NCBI RefSeq assembly: GCF_037042905.1
Contig: NC_087245.1
Span: forward strand, 7,380,001 to 7,444,000
Reading direction: 5' to 3'
From: Lytechinus pictus
Lineage: Eukaryota
Length of the DNA stretch: 64,000 nucleotides
This document shows, in pieces, positions 48,798 through 61,867 of the stretch. Made by a program: the position numbers and the translations under genes. The notes below the pieces were generated by a model. The model had not been told where the DNA came from. It searched no databases and saw nothing but the letters and a program-made list of their open reading frames with translations. How positions within the stretch are numbered: position 1 is the stretch's first letter; the number at the start of each line of letters is the position of its first letter.

Positions 48798-50087
48798 ATG
48801 GCTGACAACCAAGATTATGGAGGTGGTGAAGGAGGGAAGCGATCAGCAGAAGATCAGAGGCAAAACCAAAACAAGCGCCCGAGAGGGGATTACAATCAAG
48901 TTGTATTCCGTTTGATGATAAGGAGCAACAATGCTGGAGGGGTGATAGGAAAAGGTGGTGATAATATCAAGCGTCTCAGGTCAGATTATGATGCTAAGGT
49001 GTCTATTCCAGATTGCAATGGGCCGGAGCGAATCATCAAGATTGTCACCAAACAGCTGGATAGTGCTCTTGACTGTATTTCAGATATCATTCCAAAGGTG
49101 GGAGAAAAGGTGGAGAGGAGGGATAGGAAGCAAGATCAGAGTCAGAACCAGGGCCAGTTTTTTGTCAGGATCATGGTCCATCAGAGTCATGCTGGAGCCA
49201 TCATTGGAAGAGCAGGTTTTAAGATCAAAGAACTTCGGGAGAAAACTGGTGCCCATTTCAAGGTATATACAAAAACCTGCCCAAACTCCACCGACCGTGT
49301 TGTCCAACTCACTGGTACCGCAGATGTAATCATCAAGGCTGCTCGTGAAGTCTACGAAATCTGTTCTGAAACCCCCATCAAGGGCCTTGCACAGGAATAT
49401 GACCCATTCAACCATGATACAAGCAATTTTGACCAGTACGGGGGATTCCTGTTTGATCCAGCAGAGGAAAGTTATGGTGATCGAGGCGGCTATGGAGGTG
49501 ACCGTGGTGGTGGCGGCGGCGGCGGCCAATGGAACAGAGGTCCGCCAATGGGACGTGGCTATGATCGTGGAATGGCTGGTGGAAATGATAACTTTGGTTA
49601 TGGCCGCAGTCCCTTTGGTGGTGGAGGTGGTGGGCCCATGGGAGGAGGACGAGGAAGGGGAGGACGTGGACGAGGAGGTGGTGGTGGACCTGGTGGTGCT
49701 CGTGGATATGGAAGAGAGCAGCAATATGGTGGTGCCCAAGGCTATGATTTTGGTGGAGATTCTGGACGTGGCCAATCCAACTTCGGAGGTGGAGGCGGTG
49801 GCTTTGACGGTGGTCCTGGTGGTGGAGGAGGTGGTGGGGAAGCTGTTCAGACACAACAAGTCACCATACCCAACGACCTGGCTGGCTCTATCATTGGCAG
49901 AGGGGGTCAGCGCATCAAAAAAATCCGTACACAGTCAGGAGCACAGATCAAGATCGACGACCCTCTTCAAGGTGCCAAGGATAGAATCATCACCATTACA
50001 GGTACGCAACATGACATTGCTCATGCCAAGTTCTTGTTACAAAATAGTGTCAAGGAGTACCAAAATAGTGGAGGAGCAGTTCAGTAA
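48798..50087 (+). CDS. HNRNPK: Heterogeneous nuclear ribonucleoprotein K, 429 aa, intronless CDS
   Basis: Bipartite NLS GKRSAED...KRPR; KH1 NAGGVIGKGGDNIK; KH2 HQSHAGAIIGRAGFKIKELRE; RGG-rich linker; KH3 QVTIPNDLAGSIIGRGGQRIK...LLQNSVKEY; acceptor ctttcacattatag| at 48754. Confidence 0.96.
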   Translation: MADNQDYGGGEGGKRSAEDQRQNQNKRPRGDYNQVVFRLMIRSNNAGGVIGKGGDNIKRLRSDYDAKVSIPDCNGPERIIKIVTKQLDSALDCISDIIPKVGEKVERRDRKQDQSQNQGQFFVRIMVHQSHAGAIIGRAGFKIKELREKTGAHFKVYTKTCPNSTDRVVQLTGTADVIIKAAREVYEICSETPIKGLAQEYDPFNHDTSNFDQYGGFLFDPAEESYGDRGGYGGDRGGGGGGGQWNRGPPMGRGYDRGMAGGNDNFGYGRSPFGGGGGGPMGGGRGRGGRGRGGGGGPGGARGYGREQQYGGAQGYDFGGDSGRGQSNFGGGGGGFDGGPGGGGGGGEAVQTQQVTIPNDLAGSIIGRGGQRIKKIRTQSGAQIKIDDPLQGAKDRIITITGTQHDIAHAKFLLQNSVKEYQNSGGAVQ

Positions 50088-52339
50088 TTGGAAAGTTCAG
50101 AATTGGAAATTAGCTTTTCTTTAATAGAATCTCCTTGTTCAAAATTGTAAATACATGTATCTATCTAGGTGGTCATGATATCACATTTATTTTCATGCCA
50201 TAAATTGCTCGAGAGGAACTTCAATCTAGACAGTATTCCCTTTTATTTTGCGAAATTGCTTTCCTCGCTTTTTTTTTGTTGTTTTATGTACTTGTATATG
50301 ATAAGGCTATGCTTTCCTTTTATAATCTTTTAGAATTTTAATTCTTTGGTTTGTTCATCAATATTTAAATGACAAGACTTGATTTATTCTTGATCAATTT
50401 TGCAGTTGTTTAATGCTAATGTAGAAATGATCAACTTGTTTCCATTTAGCTTACAATGTGACACGAATGCCAAGGGGCGTTCCTTACAGAATTTCTTTTT
50501 TTCAGGGCTTTTTTCACAGCCTCTTACTCCCTAAATCTGCAACATTGGATAAACTTTAACATTGCAATGAATGGGGATTATCCAGGGCCCCTTTTTAAGT
50601 TTCTGTGCTCTTTTAAGCTTTTCAGGGGCGATATCACTTTGATTCCCATACACAGTACTGTACATGTACCTTCCCCCCCCCCCCCAGGTTCCACATGTTT
50701 GTTTCTTTTTAAATTCATAAGCAAAATAATCCTATGCGTAAAGTCCTTTTAAGTTGACCTTTTCTGACATATGTTGAATTAGGAAAAGGATTTTTTTGTC
50801 CAAATAAGATGGTACATGTAAAAGACTAGACACTGATTCATGGAGATTTTTCTTCGGTTAATAGCTTACAGTATTAATTTCATCTGAAACCCTGTCATGT
50901 TTAGAATATGACATGTGCATGTGAATATAAAGGTCAATATATCTTAGACCACCAAGAGGCCAATACCATTTCTTACAAATTATTTTTATTTCTGATTTAA
51001 ATGGTCATAATTGTACATGTAGAATTGTGACCCTTGAAAAAAAAACTCTACTTTTTATGGTGACAAGCATTAGATTGCTATTTCCTGTTTTTTACATTTG
51101 TGTAAAAGTTTTTCATGTTGCCATTACTAGTGCTTTATCATGGAGGATTTACCAGGGCCGGTGAGGAGAGGGGGTATTCCATGTGCAGTGCACTATATTT
51201 TCCATGTTGAGGCTACTGTATTGCATATTTTTTTACATATGTAGTTTGGAACTCTCGTACTTGGCAAAATTGGGGAAGATCTCCCGGTTGTTATTTAGTT
51301 TATCGTGTCATTCATCTACAGAAATGAAAATGTACATGTACAGATATCCAAGTACTGTACATGTATGTATGACACAAATTCCTATTTTACTCTTTGGAAG
51401 AGGGCCCTTTATAGCTACTGTTTATATGTAGGTTTTAGAAAAAATATAAATTAAAAAAAAACATAAAAATGTCCACAATTTTACCATCTATTCCTGAATG
51501 TTGAATGGTGTTGTGACTGTTGTCACATGTGCATGTAAATTAGTCCTTTGGAATTAGATGTCATTGATGTTGAATATCTTGGTTAAGTAGGATGCATGTT
51601 AAGAGTTGTTAAGACTTAAGACAAATAGTTGTCATTCATTGATTATCATGTTGATATCGTCTATATGGAAGTAAAGCTCTATTGCATATTGTTAACTTGT
51701 TCAGTTACATGTACTTTTGAGTCTGAACAAGGAGGCCCCAGTGATCAGAATGATGGAAGGCGAATGCTGTACAATTTCTTTTGAAGCAAAGCCCTATGAA
51801 CAGTATGTATTTTTCTGAACTGATATCAGAAAATAATCAGAACCTACATGTACATGTACAAGTACTGTACATGTACAAACCCCATACCAACTAGTATGAT
51901 CTAGTTTGATCTGATTTGAGGCTGTTCATAACAAACACATACATGTATCTACAAAAATAACCTTTTGATAATTACAGTCCATCCTATTTTATCCAAATGT
52001 ATTTCAATTTTGTTGCTGTTATGTATTGCAAAGCATTTGAACCCAATAAATATCCATTTGCTATACCAAGCTAATATTTCACCCTTTCCCAGCTCTTTGC
52101 ATTTCCAATTTTGAATCCTAAACATGTGCAGTGTACATGTGCATGTACCTACATGTACCATGTGACTTTAAAATAAGAGGGAGGGGGGCCTTTGTCTCAG
52201 TGCAGAGAACCAAGAAATCCTTTTTGAGATAAAGACATTGGGCATTTACATATTTTTAAACATATGTACATTGTTCATTTGTAATGAAAGATCTACACGT
52301 GTGTACATGTACATGTACGATCCTGTTTCTTTAAACCAG

Positions 52340-52508
52340 GGGCCTGTTTCATAAAGATTTACAACTGTTGTAACTTTGCAATTATGGCAACTACCATGGC
52401 AACACTGAACAGGGCTCAGCAGCCAATCAAAATCAAGGATACCATGGTACAATGTAGTTGCCGTAATGGCAAAGTTACAACAGTTGTAACTCTTTATGAA
52501 ACAGGCCC
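52340..52508. mobile_element. Harbinger-like palindromic MITE
   Basis: CAG-GGGCCTGTTTCATAAAG..TTACAACTGTTGTAACTTTGC ... CTTTATGAAACAGGCCC-CAG (3-bp CWG TSD). Confidence 0.8.
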
Positions 52509-55500
52509 CAGGAGATCTCCCTGTTTAATCCAAAATATGCATGTACTGTCAAAGTGAATATATATGCAAATGAGAAAAGGATTATCGTACTATCGTCAAA
52601 CAAAATATTAGTCTTTAACGTGTACAGGACTACATGAACCTGGCCATCTTTCAAAAGATTTGTTTTCACTTCAGTTTTATATTTGAATTCTCAGATTAAT
52701 TGATGATATTGATTTGATGGTCCACACTTGTGCTACTGGGCTTAATATTTTACCTGAGACAGTCCATAACCACTCATATTCAAAATGGGGAAGGGCATAT
52801 TCTGTGTTGTAATAACCATTGGGCTCTGTAGTGACTGATTGTGCGATAAAATAATTCTGAATGATGATATACAATCAATCTGGCATTTGAATCAAGTCAT
52901 TAGCTATGTTGGGAAAAACATGATTATGGAGAAATTTAATCTATTTTTTTGGGGGGAAGGATGTTTATAAAGGAAAAGGAAAAAAATCAAATTAGCAGAT
53001 GGATGAAATAATATTTGAAAATAACTGACAAAAGAGAGAAAGTTTAAATTAAAAAAAAATTGTTGTTTGGTGAATTCAACTTGGCTTCATTGTTGGGTAC
53101 CGGTATGTCTATGGTGGGGACTACTCCATTTTTAGCTCCAAATCATTTTCCAGGACAAAATTTTTATGATCATTTTCATCGGTTGGGTGGGAGGGGGTGC
53201 TTAGAAAAAACGACCAGTTTTCCCTCCATACACCACAATTCGACACCAAATTGCCAGTTTGAGATTTGCATAATCTAGTAATTATACATGTACATGTATG
53301 TTTTAAACAGCCTTGAGAATTGAGACTATTTTTCTGATTTCTTCCGAGCTTTCATTCCATTTTTCTTTTTCCTCCATTCATATTTTACCAATGGAGGTTC
53401 CCCCTTTTTTATTAAATCTGTCAATTGTAATGTAATTCTAAATCAGTTATGAACTGAACAAAAGTACACTGTTCTTTTTTCTTACATCAGATTCGACTTA
53501 CATGCACTCTCATGCTAGGTTGATTGTTCGTGTACTGTACTTGCATTGGTGCTGTGTGCGGGAGAGAATGAAACAAATATTCCCCTCACCCTCAAAAATA
53601 TAAACATTTAATTATTCAGCTACACTACTGGTACTTTTCTCCACATACATGTACATGTACCTTTATTGATATCCTTTTTTTTTTTGTAAATGAAATCTGG
53701 TTTTCATGTCCGAAATTTCCTTCCAGACACTTGAACTTTTTCATTGTCAAATTATCCAGTAGATCTTCTTTGTTCAACACTTGCATGTACACAAGAGGAT
53801 GAGTGATGTAATTGCAAGCTTTTCCATGCAGTAAAATTTGTTTGGAAGGAAAGTAGGATCTGAAGGGATTAAGGAAAGAAGATTTAGAGGAATGACTTGG
53901 AATATTGTGTGTGTGACTACTGTATGTGTGATAGATTGAGTGGTCCAAGGATGCCAGAGCCAGGGTGTGGTAGGGATTGGTTGGGAGGTTCTCTTTCCCC
54001 CTATATAGGTCCAGAGATACCCGAAGTATTGGTGGTCCAGGTAGTACACCACTACTAATCTCCTACCAAAGGTTCATCCCAAGACTTCCATAGAAATAGG
54101 CCAAGAGGGGCCCATTGGACCTTTGCCACTGTAGCTACGCCATCCATTCCATCCATGGTGAAGCTGATTGAAGCATTCTCTGACCCTGTTCCATGCTTCA
54201 TAATGCCATTGACTCCTCTGCACGGTGTACCCAACTGAAAAAGAGACTAGGATTTTTAAATCCACATCAACAACCCAATGGCATTTGTAGCGTGTGGAAC
54301 TTTGCCAAATGTCCACTTGAGTTCCTTACCCATGTTACCAATCCTCTAAGAGATCAATGACACTCCAAAAGGTACATGTACCAATGCCAAACTCCAGTTA
54401 ATGGAATTCTTGCCATCACTGAACATTTTTACCCAACTGTGATCATCTTGTCCTACAAACTATACTCTACCATCCACTGCACAGGCCACTCTAATAGTCA
54501 AGTGGTCTGTGGTGTTTCGCTACCACAGATGGGGGCCCAAAGTCTGATCTGACCATCCATCTACATAATCTACCCATTCGTCCATCAGTCCGTCCCATGG
54601 ATTACATTCCGGTTCAGGTCCATGTCCTTCATTTTCTGCATGTGGACCTGCCCATGCCATTTGTGACCTTGTCCGATACATCCCGCTCCAGTCCGGTCCA
54701 ATGAGCCCATTCCAATAATCTTCAATTGATGTGCCCCGGATGCGTATGTATGTCCTATATTTCGTACCAAGTAAAGTTTCATTCCTCTTGAATCTCCACT
54801 TATTGGGTGTCTTTTTTAAGTAAAGAAATATCCCCAATCAATATTTTTTAATGAAAGAATACCCACACAAATCCTCCATAAAACATTTCTTGACGCTGAT
54901 ATTCTTGGAAGAAAATTTGGCGTATTTTCCTCTTTCCTACAAATCTTCACAGTACTGTATGATCAAGAACTCAGAGCCATCTCCAAAAGTTTTGCCAGAT
55001 TTTTTTTTTTTGCCTATAGGTTTTTTAGGTTTCCTTTGGTACATTATTGCTGGTATCTCCAATTTGTTCAATAAGCCAGTTCACGGTTAGCTCATGATCA
55101 ACTTTTCTCAAATGACCTTTGTGATTTTTCATTAGGATAAGCACTATCATTTTCAAATATAGATGTTGCGTAAGCTTTACCGGTAGAGTATTCAAATTCT
55201 AAGAACAAAAGGCATTGTATAGACCAGGTGACTAAAATAGTACATCAGGGATAAAGTTTGGAAATCTGTTTTATTGTCTGCCTTTGGCACATTTGACTAT
55301 TGTTTAGGCTACTGTCAAATACCAGTGATTATGAAGGCTCTATTTATTACTCTTCAGCTTGGATGTGATAAATATTTTGAAAGGAATACATGAATAATCA
55401 TCAAATCACAAATGCCTATGTCAGTGAATTTGAAAGCCACCTTCATGGTTGTCTCCAATGACCTTTTTTTGCTCGTGCGCAGTTTACAACCGTGAACAGG

Positions 55501-56279
55501 CTTATTCTTTGAATATATTTATTTCCCATATTCCAATTTGCATTTTACATCCTTTTTTTCACGAACAGACGATTTTCAACGTACCTATTTTGCCAATAAA
55601 TCAGTATTCCAAATATAAAATTTCCTTCTTCAGAAAGAATCATTATCCTTTACTCTTATGTAGTTTTCTTACCTACATCATGTATCGTTTGTCCTGTATA
55701 AAACCAAATGTCTGATACCTTTTGCAAGACAGTAATCCTCTTTGTATATTTCTCATCCTCCCTAATGTATGATGACCCATTTCTACAATAGAGCTTAGGG
55801 GAACATTCTGGAGCCATCTTGGACCTTCTGGCCATCCTAGTTGCAGTGTAGGTGCATGGTTTAGGAGCCTCTTTGCCTCTTGAGTTGATGGGATGAGATG
55901 ACGAGAGCTACCAATGTCTGCAAGTTTTCTTGAGGCGGAACGGAGGAATGCTGAAGAATGTCAGATTCCTTTGTGTGAAAGGTACAGTAATGTGAAACCC
56001 TTTTTGCTTTACTTGTAGTTTCATTTGTCTTGCCCAGCTTGTACAAGTAGAAGTGGGACAAAGAGCTGCTTTGTCAACATTAAACCTTAAACATGAGGTT
56101 GAGTTTTTTGCATTTTCATTATTTGAATGTAAATACAGATGTTTCCAAATTTGTATCTGGTGATCAGAATATCGGCGTTGATAGTTAAAAATAGGGAGAA
56201 CAGGAAAAGCTAGAAAATTATTTACATGTATATTGTAGAGCAATAATGTCTTGCTTTGTTAGGGCTTTTCATTTAAATT

Positions 56280-56657
56280 TGTTGCCTGCATAATGGAGCA
56301 AGACTATATGCTCCGCTTTTCTGATGGTGGAGGCTGCATCTACATTAAATCTTATCAAGCCAAGGTTAAGTGTATGAAGTTTCATCATAACTTTCATCAT
56401 ATATGGACCTAGTTAATGAAACTGAGACATAAGGGTACTAGTATCTATCACTTATCACTGATCATCATGCCTGAGCTTCAGTTCACATGATCAAGGTCAA
56501 AGATCATTTAAGGACAATGAACGTGATTTCATATGAATGATGGATTTTGTGAATAAGAATTCGTCTTTTTCATACTAGTAGTTTTCAAAGTCCGCACCGC
56601 TGCTATATTGAATTGTTTAATGCAGGCGAGACCGTCAGAGGCGTTCCACTTATGTTT
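56280..56657 (-). mobile_element. Internally deleted copy of the Helentron/Tsp-like element
   Basis: Ends match 62382-63391 in reverse orientation (atgcaggcgagac..cagaggcgttccactt). Confidence 0.7.
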
Positions 56658-59346
56658 TTTAGAGTTGAAGCCAATTGTAAAAGAACATTCTAAATACTTA
56701 GCAATTCAAAGATGAAAAAAAAATAATGAGAGGCATATTAAGGAAATTCTGATTCATTTTTCCCCTTTTGTCATAGTCAAAATCTATTCTTTGCTGCTGA
56801 GATGTATTAAATGAATGATAGCTTAAAAGGCCAAAAAAAATCTTATTTTATGATTTTTAACATTCAATTATTTTCTGATTCTGTTTGAAAATCTTATTTC
56901 AGGTTCTAAAGACTTTTCATTGTAAAATAATTTCATAAAGGATAGAAAAGATTAGACCTAAGCTTACCTAAATAGGATAGTAAACAGGCAAATAACCAGA
57001 TAATATGCTAATCAAGTCCCCACTCGTCCAGTTTTTCATGAATCCAATATTTTTTTTTTTCTTTATCATTTTCCAGGATTGACAGGTCTTTCTAGCAACG
57101 GATGATGTGCAGTGACTCCAGGAAAATGCAAGAAACAAATGGTATACAGGCTCTATGTACTTGCCAAGCAGCATAACTGAAGAAAATGTGTCTACTGATC
57201 ACATTTTGAGTCCGCAGGGTGTAGAGCAAGAAAAGTAAACCCATTAATACTCTAAAAGTGGTGATATACTCATTCTATCAACAAGAAAATCAGGAAATCA
57301 CTTCATTCAAAGTAAAATTTAAATGAAATTCACCAAGTATGCAGCAATGGTATAGATTTGTGTATTCGACTGGAAAGTGTACATTACAGATTTCATATCA
57401 AGCAGATTATTCCGAAACGATTAGCCAAAACAGAACTGAAATCATTGTAATTCAATTTATTATAGAAGATATTCCAGATACAATATAAACTAATGTATTC
57501 AGATATTCAATCTCTCTCATCTATCTATTCTATCCTCATTCCCTCTCTCCCTCACCCCCCCATGCACATTTGTTTTTCTTTCCTTAATCTTTTTTTTTTT
57601 GGCTAACTTTATGACTTAACACCTAGTATTTTCTCTTTAATTTCTGAGTTTTCTCTCATCCACTATCCCTTTGTCTGTTTTGTATATTTTCTAGGCTTTG
57701 TCTTGTCATGCATGAGAGATATTTAAGTGAAATAATAAAGCAAGCACAATGATAAAACACACATAAATCATTGCCCTAGTCCCTTTTTTCCTTTGTTTTG
57801 TGAAACACAGCTGCAACTTGCAAACTCTACTACAATACTACTTATTTTGCTTCTAGAAGATCAACCCTAAAATGGTGGGAGAAGCGATTGGCCACCCTTT
57901 TTCCCACTCACCTTGGCCTTTTGGCCAGTATTTCTGCAATGTTTCTTTTTATTGAATAGGCACGTTTTATTGGAAAACATGGATACACCTATATATAAGA
58001 TTTTTTTTTTCTTTTCAGTTGATGAATTAATGAAATACACTTAAACATAACAATCCAAGTTTTAAAGGACATTTAATGATAATCCAGCATTCCAAAATTA
58101 ACAATTTTTTGCTTCTGTAAATGGTTAACGGTACATTTAAGATTTGTACACAAAATTAAGAGTCCTTTCCAACTAAAAGCTGATTTGAAAAAAGAGAAAC
58201 ATCAGACATATGCTGAAATTTTTTGTTGAAATTGGATTTAAAGTGGAAAGTTGTGACATTACTGTAAAGTTTGCTACAAATTGTGATATGCTCATCCTGA
58301 GCATAATGCATATTAGGAAACTGATGTCACAGACCATTTTATTTTGTTGCTATTTTACTGTATGAAAATATATTTTAATTCTTTCTTCATTTTTGTGTAA
58401 AAACCTTCGTCTGGGTTTCATTACTCATGGAAAATGACAAGTCAGGATTTGATAGAGATCCTCTATAACATTAAATCAATAAAAATGGAAATATTCATAT
58501 TTCATGTAAGAAATATCAAGTATGTGACATCATCAGCTCCTTCATTTCCATAGTACTGATCAGGATTTAATCTTTTGTGTATTTAATTCAAAGCATTGAA
58601 ATGTCATAATTTTTTTAGTTAACCAGTAAATCAGATTTTGATGAAATTTGTTGGTGCTTAAATTAATCAATTTGTTGGGGTGGATATAGCCTATAATCTA
58701 GGCGGGGGCTGCAACTGTATTATTTGCTTATACCGATCTGATGAGGTATCGCGAAACGTAAGCGAACGTCTGATGTGGCGAGACTACAAACTTCTGCTAA
58801 TACACTCCTGTCTAACTGTCATTGTCTTTTTATTGACGAATGTCTGGTTTTTGTTTTTGTATGAAAATTCTACACTGCATCGTATTCAAGAAATAAACAA
58901 ATATTGAATATATAGATGAGAGTAGAGGTGGTGGTTGCTTTTCATCCACAGTTGGTCTCTCCGCATCAGATGCATCATTTACAAGATAAAGCTGCAGCCT
59001 CCGCCTACATTAGAGGCTAGGGTAGAATTGGCATTTTGTAATTCATGTTTGAAATCATAATGATATGGTAGATTACATTGAGGGTGATGTGCATTATGAT
59101 TGTAGTTGCAAATGAGCAGGCGATGGCCTGATGATGATGATTATGATTGTGAATGATGGTGGTGGTGATGATGATGATTGTGATGGTAAATTGGGTGATG
59201 ACTGATGGTAGTGACGATGGTAAATTAAGTGAATTACAAATGTGTTTTGCCTGAAAAGGGCATTTAGCCTCTTGCCTTACAGTGCACTCGGAGGGGGGGG
59301 GGTGGAACCTCTATTACTTCCTTGATAAAATTGCCCTATGTGTTGG

Positions 59347-59681
59347 CATGGGCGGAAATCTGTCCCCAAAGGTAGGGGGACCAGGGCCTGGAAAATTTGA
59401 CAAGCGTAAGGTAATTTTAACCCAAAAAAAATATTTGACAAGTATTAAAAAAAAAGGTTTTCACCCAAAATGTTAAGGTAATTTTATCCCCAAAATTTGA
59501 CAAGCAAAAAAAAAAGGTTTTCACCCAAAATGTAAGGTCATTTTAGTCCAAAATACTAAGTATATTATTTCAATTGTGAAGTGATTTTTTTTTCTCCATC
59601 ATAACAGACCAACAATAGTAGGGGGACATTTTATATTATGTCCCCCTACTATTTTTGGTCGGGGGATGCTTTCTGCCCATA
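59347..59681. mobile_element. hAT-like MITE (same family as 13687-14017)
   Basis: CATGGGCGGAAA / TTTCTGCCCATA; 8-bp TSD TGTGTTGG. Confidence 0.8.
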
Positions 59682-60178
59682 TGTGTTGGTGTTGTCTTCA
59701 AGCGATTAAATTTTTTTGTAAGGGATATTTTTTATTCTCTTCAACAAACAAAATCATTTCTAGGGGAAGATATTCATATACATGTTTAAAACTCTACAAA
59801 AATTAAGAGTTGTAATTATAACACCAGAATGGAACTACACAAACAATTTTCTTTTTTTCCGTACGAATATAGCTTACATGTTAGCTTTTCATATTCACTT
59901 ACTGTATCAGAAATCCCCTTTTCTCAACTTCCATTTCCACGAAACATACTTCTACTTTAGGTAGAAACTTAATTTGATGTCCATTTTTTGGTTTCCCCTT
60001 CCCCCAAACCAAGAAAAAGTTCCACCGCCCCTGATCCCAAATGCGTCCTGTCATGATGCCCCCACCCCTTTCAACTATGCTCCTCAGCCCATGTGATGAT
60101 GATTGATTAAAGGGATACTGACATCTGATCGGTATAAATATTGGTGTTTGTAGAATCAGTGACGATGAAGATGATTAA

Positions 60179-60388
60179 AGGACAAGTCCACTAACAGAAA
60201 GCAGATTTGAATAAAAAGATGCAGGAAAGATGTACATAAAACTGTTTTGTGAAATTAAGCGAAACTTTAAAATGTCATAATTTTTTTATTTAATTTTATA
60301 TCAAATTTTGGTGAAATATTCAGCATTGGGCTAGTTTGATTTTTCTATATTTTATTCAAATCAACATTTTCTGGGGTGGACTTGACCT
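60179..60388. mobile_element. Kolobok-like MITE (short copy)
   Basis: TTAA-AGGACAAGTCCAC ... GTGGACTTGACCT-TTAA. Confidence 0.8.
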
Positions 60389-61115
60389 TTAATGATTGTT
60401 TTGTCAGATGATTACTGATTGATCATTGGTCCCTATCCTGATCACGACGATCCCACAACCGCTGAGCCAGGATTTTATTTTGGAGGGGACGGTCAGTCCA
60501 CGCGAAGTTTGCTCCCTAAGTAGTGGATGCAGGGAGTTGGAGAGTGACCCCCCCCCCGCAAAGCTTTCGATGTTTTTTTCAAATCAAGTGTTCCTCAATC
60601 GTCTCTAGTATCTTCATCACCTCAATATTCAATCGATTTTGCTGTGATTATGAAACTCGTATGCGGAAGAAATTGTGAATGCTCTAAAAAGGCATAAGAT
60701 GGAAAAAAAATTAAAATCTTCCCTCGCGGAAGCTCAAAAGTCAGTTTTATCAAATTTTCAGAAAACAAAAAGACATTCGTGAAATATTTAATGCCTCCCT
60801 TGGTAGGATTAGTTTTGATTGCAAAACAATGAGTCGCATTAAACATCTTTAAATCGAGGAGGAGATGTTGGGTATATTATGCAGAGAGAATATATAAATA
60901 TACAGATGCATCATCAAATTTTTAACGACCCATGGAAATATCTTTTGTACCCGCTTTAAATAAATTGATTTTTCTAAATTAAAAAAATAGAGCGCCAAAA
61001 TTGGAAACAGAATGCAAGGATCGAGGACCCCCCCCCCCCTTTCAAGCGAATTGCGGATTATAAAGGAGACAAGTCATATATAAAAAATGAAACAATTGTG
61101 ATTTCATGTAATGAT

Positions 61116-61498
61116 TCTCTTCACTGGCTTCCTTTTAAACAGAGAATTGCGTTCAAATTACTCTTGATTGTCTACAAAACACTGAATAAACAGGCTCCAC
61201 AGTATTAGAGCACTAAGGTCGGCCAGTGATCACCTTCGCCTCACATATTCATTAACTCGTGCATTAGCTGGTGACAGAACTTTTACGGTGTCGGCTTCAA
61301 AATCCTGGAACGACCTGCCACTAATAATTAGACAGTCTACAACATTAGCAATTTTCAAAAAGTCATTAAAAACTCATCTCTTTCGTACTTTGTAGTTTTT
61401 AAAATATTACATTTAATTAATTCATTGTAAGCGCTTTGGGCCTAATGGGAAAAGCGCAGTACAAATAATAAGTAATAATAATAATAATAATAATAATA
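61116..61498 (+). mobile_element. L2 LINE 3' end
   Basis: LHWLPFKQRIAFKLLLIVYK..APQY and FKKSLKTHLF remnants; L2-type tail TGTAAGCGCTTTG...AAAGCGC followed by (TAA)n. Confidence 0.85.
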
Positions 61499-61867
61499 GC
61501 AAAAAGGAAACTGTGACATCATCAGCCCACCTAATGAATATATTTATGATGACGTGCATATAGAACTATTTTCACAAAATACTGCTTAACTTTAAAATTC
61601 AATAACTCCGCTATTTGTTATCCGATTTTGATGAAATTTTCAGCATTTTTCATTTTGAATTTTACTCTATTTATTTAGCTTTAAATATTTTCAGCCTATT
61701 CCTTTTGTATGATTTAGAAGCTTTAATGAAGTTCAAAATTTATCATTAAGGGCGCAACAAACATGATAAAAGATTGTGTGCAAGGGATATGAAATGAAAT
61801 TTCGCCAGTTTTTACACAATCGACTTTTTTTTTTTCAATAGTACCTGCTTTTTTGAATGGGTATATA

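Noticed and set aside
49080..50124. Two 259-aa ORFs overlapping hnRNP K (antisense and alternative frame)
   Set aside because: Shadow frames of Gly-codon-rich sequence; low complexity and no domain motifs
53700..55900. Cluster of short minus-strand ORFs, possibly a very old LINE relic (e.g. KYRTYIR, QYFGYLW)
   Set aside because: No convincing RT or endonuclease motif by eye; needs a translated search against Dfam/Repbase
60620..60930. Possible degenerate L1-like RT fragment on the minus strand (FDDASVF, NPTKGGIK)
   Set aside because: Too short and decayed to support without a search
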